Below the pieces are notes generated by a model, which was not told where the DNA came from, made no database searches, and saw nothing but the letters and a program-made list of their open reading frames with translations. Both the position numbers and the translations under genes were made by a program. A stretch of 30,778 nucleotides of DNA from a virus, in IMG/VR virus record IMGVR_UViG_3300025310_000003, positions 1 to 30,778 of that record, one strand, 5' to 3'. This document shows, piece after piece, positions 16,449-22,243 of the stretch (positions are counted from its first letter, which is position 1; each line of letters begins with the position of its first letter).

Positions 16449-17146
16449 GCGGCCCCCGCGTGATGAGCCGCCATGCCCTCAAGCTCGGTCAGGGCTGCCA
16501 TCTTGTTCATCCCGTGCTTGGTTTTCAAAGCGTTCGCCTGATGATGGGCTTCCTCCGCCCCCAGGGCGCTCGTCAGCTTGGCCAGGGCGGCATCCCACCT
16601 GGCCCTCCCGGTGGCCTGTCCCGTGGGCCCTGCGGGCGGGGCGGCATGCTCGGGCGTGGGCGGCGCGGCATGCTCGGGCGTGGGCGGCGCCTGGCGTTGG
16701 TTCGGCTGGCGATCGTAGCGCCGCTCGACGTGGTGGCCGTCCGCCGCATTGCCATCATCATCATCGTCTGCGGCCAAGCCCAACAGGGCCGTGATGCCGT
16801 AGCGGCGGGCGTAGGTGATCGCGGAGCCGAGGGCCTGGTTTCCGGGCCTGTCTGTCTTTACCGGAACAGCCGTTCCCAGGAACTCCCCCGAGGCGTGAAC
16901 GATGATGGTTTCCACAGACAGCCCGTTGTCGTCGGTGTGCACCGTATGGACCACGGACAGGCCGTTGGCTGCCAGCGGCCCACGGATGCAGTCCATGATG
17001 TTGTCCAGCGTGGCATAATCGAAGGAATACGGTGATCCCTCACGCGGGCGGACCGTGACCGACCTGTTTTTGGTCAGGGGTTGGAAGGCGGCATGGGCCT
17101 TGGCCAACGCGGTGGCCAGGTTTGCCATGGTTTCGGAACGGATCAT
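16445..17146 (-). CDS. erf: ERF-family single-strand annealing recombinase
   Basis: LATALAKAHAAFQPLTKN...YSFDYATLDNIMDCIRGPLAANGL...HASGEF...QALGSAITYARRYGITALLGLAADDDDDG is the classic ERF pattern. GGAG lies 8 nt upstream of the ATG at 17146. Confidence 0.85.
   Translation of the reverse strand: MIRSETMANLATALAKAHAAFQPLTKNRSVTVRPREGSPYSFDYATLDNIMDCIRGPLAANGLSVVHTVHTDDNGLSVETIIVHASGEFLGTAVPVKTDRPGNQALGSAITYARRYGITALLGLAADDDDDGNAADGHHVERRYDRQPNQRQAPPTPEHAAPPTPEHAAPPAGPTGQATGRARWDAALAKLTSALGAEEAHHQANALKTKHGMNKMAALTELEGMAAHHAGAA
16641..16688. repeat. Perfect 24-bp tandem duplication inside erf (encodes APPTPEHA x2)
   Basis: gcggcatgctcgggcgtgggcggc occurs twice in direct succession. Confidence 0.9.
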
Positions 17147-17202
17147 GGGATGGACTCCAGGGGTGGACGATGGGGTGGGATGAGCGGCGAGCGGACCGAG
17201 CG

Positions 17203-17328
17203 TCACGGCCTCCGGATGAGGCGCCACGCGGCGCGGACCAGGAAGCGGACCAGGCGCAGGTCCCGCGTCATGTCGCGAGCGCTGCGGCCCTGGCCACCGA
17301 GGATGAGGGGAGGGGTTGGGTCATGCAT
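17203..17328 (-). CDS. Small (41 aa) first gene of the leftward early operon, function unknown
   Basis: ATG CAT GAC ... CCG TGA translates to MHDPTPPLILGGQGRSARDMTRDLRLVRFLVRAAWRLIRRP. About 36 of 41 codons end in G/C. AGGAG lies 7 nt upstream. It is too short for the supplied ORF track. Confidence 0.55.
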   Translation of the reverse strand: MHDPTPPLILGGQGRSARDMTRDLRLVRFLVRAAWRLIRRP

Positions 17329-17335
17329 GGGTCGG

Positions 17336-17374
17336 CTCCTGGGCGGAGTGATATGCTCGCTGGGCATATGTCAA
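17336..17374 (-). promoter_or_regulatory. Leftward early promoter plus RBS: TTGACA-N15-TATCAC, then AGGAG
   Basis: The - strand reads cggctgTTGACAtatgcccagcgagcaTATCACtccgcccAGGAGccgacccATG. The spacer and -10 carry GAGCATAT and CATATG copies of the motif repeated in the control region. Confidence 0.6.
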
Positions 17375-17547
17375 CAGCCGGGCGCAGCCCAGGATGCGCG
17401 GATGGCTGGATCGTGGGCTGGCCAGGAACCCCTGGTGGTGTGTCCGCGAGGCGTGGTGTTCGAACAGACACCAACGGAACACCCAGGGCCACCACCACCG
17501 CCCCAGGCCGTGTGACCTGGGGCCTGTCGTGTCCGTGAGCTGCTCCC

Positions 17548-17634
17548 ATGCACATGCTCATGCTCACGCATATGCTCACGCATATGCTCATGCACATGCT
17601 CGCGCATATGCTCACGCATATGCTCACGCAATGC
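17548..17634. repeat. Iteron-like array: 12-bp units NNGCAYATGCTC x6, plus a 6-bp half unit and a degenerate end
   Basis: atgcacatgctc atgctc acgcatatgctc acgcatatgctc atgcacatgctc gcgcatatgctc acgcatatgctc acgcaatgct. All three frames on each strand give nonsense repeat peptides (HAHAYAHAY, EHMREHM, SICVSIC). Confidence 0.85.
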
Positions 17635-17635
17635 T

Positions 17636-17674
17636 ATGAAATGAAATGAAATGAAATGAAATGAAAGGGGGGGG
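17636..17674. repeat. (ATGAA)6 pentanucleotide microsatellite followed by A and a G8 homopolymer. This is the most AT-rich spot in the genome.
   Basis: atgaa x6 at 17636-17665, then a, then gggggggg at 17667-17674. A 7-bp GC hairpin (ggggcgc gga gcgcccc) follows at 17679-17695. Confidence 0.9.
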
Positions 17675-17900
17675 ATAGGGGGCGCGGAGCGCCCCAGCCC
17701 CGCCCGCCAGGGACACACCCGGCAGGAGCACGGCACCCCGATGCGTCACGCGACCCCCCAGGGACAAGGCCCATGCCAGAGATGGCCTGACGCACGGCCG
17801 CAAGATGGTCAATTTGCGAGGATCGGACCTCGGACCGGCCACGGACACCATCCCAGATAAAAAGCCCGCAAATCGACGAAAAAACGGTGACACATTTTGT

Positions 17901-17928
17901 CAATGCTTGAGCATATGCTCAAGCATTG
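17901..17928. promoter_or_regulatory. Perfect 28-bp palindrome CAATGCTTGAGCAT|ATGCTCAAGCATTG (candidate operator)
   Basis: The reverse complement of caatgcttgagcat is atgctcaagcattg. The core GAGCATATGCTC shares the ATATGCTC unit with the iteron array. Confidence 0.8.
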
Positions 17929-18116
17929 CATCCCGACATGCACCCCACCCTGCGGGCGTGCTGCACGTGGTCCCAGGGCCACCTCGCACGGGTCGCGCCA
18001 GCGCCGCCGTCCTCGGCTCGGTTGGCCAGACCTGCCAGACCTTCACATGGCCATCCGCACGCGCTGGCCATGGAATTGACCCCCCATAAATCGGGAGCTG
18101 GCATGACATCGACCGC

Positions 18117-18266
18117 ATGGATGAGCTGTCCCAGATGGCTGAGCGCCTCGGAGTCTCGCCCGGTCTGGTGCGCCGCCTCATCCGCACCGGCTACCGGAAC
18201 GTCCGCATCGCTGCTGTTGATCTCGCCGCCTATCTCGCCACCGTCACGACGAAGGAAACGCCGTGA
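18117..18266 (+). CDS. Small helix-turn-helix DNA-binding protein (Xis/AlpA/MerR-like), first gene of the rightward early operon
   Basis: MDELSQMAERLGVSPGLVRRLIRTGYRNVRIAAVDLAAYLATVTTKETP (49 aa, below the ORF-track cutoff). High GC3. Its stop overlaps the GTG of the next gene (GTGA). Confidence 0.6.
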   Translation: MDELSQMAERLGVSPGLVRRLIRTGYRNVRIAAVDLAAYLATVTTKETP

Positions 18267-18688
18267 GCGACCTCCATGCTCGACCGCATGACCGAGCCTG
18301 CATCCGCTGGACATATCGGGTGTTGGAACTGCTGATGGACATGCTCTGCACGCCGACCCGCTCTGCTGCTGCAATGAAAAAGCTGCGCCGCGCCGAGTAC
18401 GGTCACCCGAGCAGTCAGGATGACATGGCCGCTTTCGACTCCGCTCTGGAATCGGTGCGCGCCGAGCTGCTCGACATGGCACCACATGGACTGGGTGGGG
18501 TTGGGGTCACGCATGACATCATGGGGCAGCATGGCAACCAGCTGCGCTTCGACATCATCCACGAACGCGCGTGCGGCGGCTGGTTTCCGATGCAACCGTC
18601 AAGCCCGAACGCCCAGGCTCGCACGCGTGATCCACAGACCGAGGCAGAGCGGCATGCACGCGCCGAAGAACTGGCATGCACGCTATGA
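18263..18688 (+). CDS. Hypothetical early protein (141 aa)
   Basis: GTG start with AGGAA 6 nt upstream. High GC3. Its stop overlaps the next ATG. Confidence 0.55.
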   Translation: MSDLHARPHDRACIRWTYRVLELLMDMLCTPTRSAAAMKKLRRAEYGHPSSQDDMAAFDSALESVRAELLDMAPHGLGGVGVTHDIMGQHGNQLRFDIIHERACGGWFPMQPSSPNAQARTRDPQTEAERHARAEELACTL

Positions 18689-18927
18689 ACTTCGGTGATC
18701 GCTGCCCATGGTGCGGACACATCATGGACCACAGCCAAGCCATCATCGTCACGGTGCATGGTGACATGATGCACGCCCGGTGCGAGGATGTTCGAAACGC
18801 ACAGATCAGGCGCGACCGCACGCGAGCGGATGCGCCGCCGCGACAGGCGACCGGCATAGGAGCGCAACCACTGACATATCCATCCGAGGCAAAACCCGGC
18901 GCGACTGCCCAGCCTGCGGGTCAATGA
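18685..18927 (+). CDS. Hypothetical early protein with an N-terminal C-x2-C ... H ... C metal-binding pattern
   Basis: MNFGDRCPWCGHIMDH...HARCEDV, with ATGA overlap with the upstream stop. The C-terminal half has poor GC3, so its real 3' end is uncertain. Confidence 0.45.
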   Translation: MNFGDRCPWCGHIMDHSQAIIVTVHGDMMHARCEDVRNAQIRRDRTRADAPPRQATGIGAQPLTYPSEAKPGATAQPAGQ

Positions 18928-19229
18928 CGATGCGGGCGGTCCGGGTCGAGCAGGGCGGACGAAGCTGGCGCGAGGTTCCATGCGAGCGCGGATACCATGC
19001 CAAGGGCAGCAGGATCGACCGCACGACGTACAGCACGCTCGCGCCAGAGGATGCGACTGCGCTGCGCTTCATCCGCGACGCCATCCAGCGAGCCGGAGAC
19101 GCAGAGCGGTGCGGTGACGATCGGCTGCGCCGCCACCTGTACACGCCTGCGCGCGCGCATATCAACCGACGTCAGCCACGCCTGCGCCGCACGCTCGGGC
19201 TTCCTCCCATCACACCGGAGAACACATGA
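18924..19229 (+). CDS. Hypothetical early protein (101 aa from ATG 18924; possibly longer, from GTG 18780)
   Basis: ATGA overlap at 18924. The same frame is open upstream and encodes a CPACG knuckle, so the start is ambiguous. Confidence 0.5.
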   Translation: MTMRAVRVEQGGRSWREVPCERGYHAKGSRIDRTTYSTLAPEDATALRFIRDAIQRAGDAERCGDDRLRRHLYTPARAHINRRQPRLRRTLGLPPITPENT

Positions 19230-19639
19230 CCATCACACAGTCCATCACCGTCGAGCTGAACATTGCCGACCTTCCGGACCCGCGACCGTTCGACATCGAC
19301 GAGGGTGTACGCCTGGGATGCCTGACGCTCTGCGATCCGATGGTTGACGAGGACGACGGTGGCACCGGCATGAAGGACATCGAAGCACGGTGGCCCTGCA
19401 CATCGAACGAAGCCATGTCCTACCACAGCTGGTTCCGCTCCTATGCTCTGCCCATGCTTGCCGCTGGCGGATGCCTGCGCGTGGAGGTCCAGACCGACGA
19501 GGTGCGCGCCGGGCTGTATCAGGCGTTTCGCGGCGATGACCCGCGCGCCTACATGGTCATCACACGCAACGCTCTGGTTGCACCCGGTGCACAACCGGAA
19601 GCGGTCAGAGCGATCATCGACGGTGACGGCCATGCCTGA
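19226..19639 (+). CDS. Hypothetical acidic early protein (137 aa)
   Basis: ATGA overlap with the upstream stop. The protein is strongly D/E-rich (DLPDPRPFDIDEG..., DPMVDEDDGG). Confidence 0.6.
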   Translation: MTITQSITVELNIADLPDPRPFDIDEGVRLGCLTLCDPMVDEDDGGTGMKDIEARWPCTSNEAMSYHSWFRSYALPMLAAGGCLRVEVQTDEVRAGLYQAFRGDDPRAYMVITRNALVAPGAQPEAVRAIIDGDGHA

Positions 19640-19708
19640 TACCGACCACCTGTCCACGATCGACGGCACGCCGCGGCTGCATGTGGCGTGGCGAGGATTC
19701 CCTGCAAC

Positions 19709-19849
19709 GTGGTGTCGGTCGTGCAGGTTGCGGCTGGCGTGGCGGCGATGGTCGTGGCGGGTGGCCTGGGGGTGTCACGCCTGTTCGTAGCGAGGAGGAT
19801 ACGCGGTGTGATCGTGGCGACAGGGCCGATGCCGACACCCCGCACCTGA
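19709..19849 (+). CDS. Possible small membrane protein (46 aa from GTG 19709, or 53 aa from GTG 19688)
   Basis: This frame has about 80% GC3, against about 59% for the overlapping frame of the 19681 ORF. It encodes VVQVAAGVAAMVVAGGLGVSRLFV followed by a basic tail. Its stop overlaps the ATG at 19849 (TGATG). Confidence 0.35.
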   Translation: MVSVVQVAAGVAAMVVAGGLGVSRLFVARRIRGVIVATGPMPTPRT

Positions 19850-20187
19850 TGATCAGGGCTGCCGTGGCTCATGACCGGGATGGGGCCAGAGCCTTGCGCG
19901 ATAACCAGGAGACATATGCTCCCGTGCGCATGAGGCACATTCCCACCACGGACGCCAAAGCCATGGGCGCCCGCATCCGGCAGGCCCGCAGGAACGCTGG
20001 ACTCACCCAGGTTCAGGCCAGCCGCAGGGCCGGCATGTCGCAATCCCACCTGTCCCGATGTGAGTGTGGCGCCAAGACACCCAGTCTGGCAACCGCCAAG
20101 GCCTTGGCTCGCGCCCTGAACACCACCACAGCCGCCATCCTGGAAGGCGCAGGACGCGCTGAAACGCCATCGATGCCGGCGTCCTAA
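19849..20187 (+). CDS. XRE / Cro-CI family HTH transcriptional regulator (alternative start ATG 19930)
   Basis: MGARIRQARRNAGLTQVQASRRAGMSQSHLSRCECGAKTPSLATAKALARAL is a textbook XRE HTH. The part of the 168-aa ORF upstream of 19849 has poor GC3. Confidence 0.8.
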   Translation: MIRAAVAHDRDGARALRDNQETYAPVRMRHIPTTDAKAMGARIRQARRNAGLTQVQASRRAGMSQSHLSRCECGAKTPSLATAKALARALNTTTAAILEGAGRAETPSMPAS

Positions 20188-20205
20188 AACGCCATCGATG
20201 CCGGC
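20162..20205. repeat. 19-bp perfect direct repeat AAACGCCATCGATGCCGGC x2 (20162-20180 and 20187-20205), bracketing the XRE stop codon
   Basis: Read directly. Each copy contains the ATCGAT palindrome. Confidence 0.9.
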
Positions 20206-20307
20206 CGGGCGATCGCATGCCCCCTGCTGGACCACGCGATCATCGGCGGTCGGCGCCGCTTCGTGTCGTTGCACCAGGAGATGGCCTACCGGTGGAGCGT
20301 GGCCTGA
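20188..20307 (+). pseudogene. RadC (JAB/MPN)-like C-terminal remnant with no start codon, in frame directly after the XRE TAA
   Basis: NAIDAGRAIACPLLDHAIIGGRRRFVSLHQEMAYRWSVA* resembles the RadC C-terminus (...lgi.vLDHiIig.g.yvSl.e.g). About 35 of 39 codons end in G/C. The catalytic HxHPSG part is absent. Confidence 0.4.
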
Positions 20308-20309
20308 CC

Positions 20310-20502
20310 ATGTCCGACTGGCGCTCCCGCGTGACGGTCGCTGCGGCGCTGATCGCAGCCTGGCAGGTGCTGTTCGGCGGCAACCCGCAGCGGGGGCTGG
20401 CATGGGCACACGCACCAGCTGGTCATCCGGTGCACGGACACAGCGGACCAGGAAGCCACGGCCGCACGCCTGACGGGCGGGGACGACCGCGTGGTGGAGT
20501 AA
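20310..20502 (+). pseudogene. Possible frameshifted small membrane-protein gene
   Basis: The ATG frame at 20310 (MSDWRSRVTVAAALIAAWQVLFGGNPQRGLAW) has about 93% GC3 up to roughly 20400 and then falls to about 50%. Over 20419-20499 the +1 frame (QLVIRCTDTADQEATAARLTGGDDRVVE*) has about 89% GC3. Confidence 0.3.
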
Positions 20503-20528
20503 CGGCCGCAGCCGGATAGGATGCCTCC

Positions 20529-20894
20529 ATGGCACGTGGACCAGGGCGGCCGCCGCGCATGATGACGCCTCAGGAATTGGACCAGGCGGAAACGATGGCA
20601 GGCCTGGGTCTACGCGACGATCAGATCGCCCAGGTCCTCGGTATGGCTGAGCGCACCATGACGCGTCATGCGCGGGACCGCCTCCATCGCGGCCGTGCCA
20701 AGGCCCTGGCGGCTGTGGCGCAAACGTGCTACCGCCTGGCCACCAGCGGCAGGTGCCCGGCGGCAACGTTCTTCTACCTCAAAACGCAGGGCCGCTGGCA
20801 GGAGGTGGACCGCAGCGTCCACGTGGACGCCAACAGCACAGCTGGAACCGTCCGCGTGGTGATCCCCCCCGACCCGTCACCGAAGCCTGGATAG
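20529..20894 (+). CDS. terS: Terminase small subunit (HTH-containing)
   Basis: It sits immediately upstream of terL. GLRDDQIAQVLGMAERTMTRH is an HTH, and ATFFYLKTQGRWQE matches the a.iFwLKtr.gW.e motif common in small terminases. AGGA lies 7 nt upstream. Confidence 0.75.
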   Translation: MARGPGRPPRMMTPQELDQAETMAGLGLRDDQIAQVLGMAERTMTRHARDRLHRGRAKALAAVAQTCYRLATSGRCPAATFFYLKTQGRWQEVDRSVHVDANSTAGTVRVVIPPDPSPKPG

Positions 20895-22202
20895 ATGGCC
20901 AGGGTGGTGGTGTGGCGGGGCAACCAAGCGCCCCAGCATGCGTTCCTCCGGGACCTGGCGCCAGGCTGGACCCTGTATCAAGGTGGATTTGGCGCGGGCA
21001 AAACCTGGGCCGGCGCCCGGAAGCTCCTGGTGCTGCACTGGATGAACGGATGCCCAAGTCTGGTGGTGGCGCCGACATATGGGGACCTATGGAAAATCTG
21101 CGTCCCTGAAATCATGCGGGCAGCCGACGAGGCCGGAATTGTGGTGGAGCCACGGCCGCACGGTCGCGGACACATGCAATACCCGCATATCCTGGTATCA
21201 GATCAGCCCATCATCCTGGCGTCGGCGGATGAACCGGACCGCATCGCAGGCTATGAGGCCGGAACCATATGGGTGGACGAAGGCTGCCGCGTGCCGGAAT
21301 CGCAGGTGGACCCACGCAGGGACGCCCCCACCCAAATCCGCGCCCGCCTGCGCCACCCGAAGGCTACCAGGCTCCACGGCCTCGTGACCACCACGCCAGA
21401 AGGCACGGAAACCTGGGTGCAACGGGATTGGACCGACAAACCCCTGCCCGACCACCGACGTTTCCAGGGCAGGACCGGCGACAACCACGCCCTGTCTCCT
21501 GAATATGCCGCGACCATCCGGGCCGCCTTCGGAGCTGAATTGGCAGAGCAATACCTGGAAGGGAGGGCCGTGGACTACCGCAAGGACCGGGCGCACCCGA
21601 CCTTTGCACCGGCTGCGCACGTCGGGGATGGTCCGGAATTCGATTGGCAGCCGGGATCGGTGGTCCGCATCGGCATGGACTTCAACGTGGCACCGATGTG
21701 CTGGGTCGTGGTCCAGGAGCGGCCAGACCATACCCTGGTGGCCGTGGACGAATTGGTCCAGGAACCGGCGGTGGTAGACCAGTGCATCCGCTTGGCGAAC
21801 GACAAAGGTTGGGGCAGGCGCGGCCCCGTGGTGCTACATCCGGACAAATCCGCCCACAACCGCAATCGCGTTGGAGATCCGGAATTCACCGTGGCCATGG
21901 CCACGGCCAAGTCCCTCGGGTGGTCCGTCTCGGGCGACTGCTACGGCGTAAATCCGCCCATAAACCACCGCATCAACCATCTATCCCGGATGATCCTGGA
22001 CGGCGCCGGGGTCATCCGCCTGCGTGTGCATGCCAGGTGCCGGCGCCTGGTGGACGAGCTGATGCGGACCGGCCGGCGAGGGGACGGATACCATCCAGGC
22101 CCGGACGGGAAGCGTGGCCATATCCTGGACGCCCTCGGATATGTGGTGTGGGACGTGTCGGCGCCACGGGGGAAGGCAACGACCGCGAATTGGGGGCTGT
22201 GA
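20895..22202 (+). CDS. terL: Terminase large subunit
   Basis: Walker A GGFGAGKT and Walker B-like TIWVDEG. 435 aa, in the canonical position. Confidence 0.9.
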   Translation: MARVVVWRGNQAPQHAFLRDLAPGWTLYQGGFGAGKTWAGARKLLVLHWMNGCPSLVVAPTYGDLWKICVPEIMRAADEAGIVVEPRPHGRGHMQYPHILVSDQPIILASADEPDRIAGYEAGTIWVDEGCRVPESQVDPRRDAPTQIRARLRHPKATRLHGLVTTTPEGTETWVQRDWTDKPLPDHRRFQGRTGDNHALSPEYAATIRAAFGAELAEQYLEGRAVDYRKDRAHPTFAPAAHVGDGPEFDWQPGSVVRIGMDFNVAPMCWVVVQERPDHTLVAVDELVQEPAVVDQCIRLANDKGWGRRGPVVLHPDKSAHNRNRVGDPEFTVAMATAKSLGWSVSGDCYGVNPPINHRINHLSRMILDGAGVIRLRVHARCRRLVDELMRTGRRGDGYHPGPDGKRGHILDALGYVVWDVSAPRGKATTANWGL

Positions 22203-22243
22203 AAGCCCTTCCCGGATCCGACCATCGACATAGCCTGCTGGGC

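Noticed and set aside
17440-17480. tRNA-like GTTCGAAC (T-loop-like) sequence
   Set aside because: The would-be T stem encloses an 8-nt loop, and no complementary acceptor stem or anticodon arm is present upstream. No tRNA can be folded.
17402-17515. 37-aa + strand ORF with an AGGA-N7-ATG start, divergent from the leftward promoter
   Set aside because: GC3 is about 61%, the tail is Pro-rich low complexity (PGPPPPPQAV), and no motif is present. Evidence is insufficient to call a gene.
17548-17665. Possible CRISPR array
   Set aside because: The units are 12 bp and 5 bp, directly abutting with no spacers, and there are no cas genes. These are tandem repeats/iterons, not CRISPR.
17679-17695. Calling the ggggcgc-gga-gcgcccc hairpin an intrinsic terminator
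   Set aside because: The stem is only 7 bp with a 3-nt loop. No U-tract follows directly on either strand; on the - strand the T-rich repeats begin 12 nt later. It is kept only as a remark.
17268-17736. ORFs running through the iteron/microsatellite region (17268..17627 -, 17371..17736 -, 17394..17639 +, 17634..17903 -)
   Set aside because: Their translations are pure repeat artefacts (SICVSICVS, EHMREHM, HAHAYAHAY, FHFISFHF). They run across the promoter and have poor GC3. The region is better read as non-coding control DNA.
19681-19848. Using ATG 19681 as the start of the XRE regulator (168-aa form)
   Set aside because: The N-terminal 56 codons are Gly/Arg/Trp-rich with about 59% GC3. The overlapping +1 frame has about 81% GC3 and encodes a plausible TM peptide. 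The HTH domain begins only after 19930.
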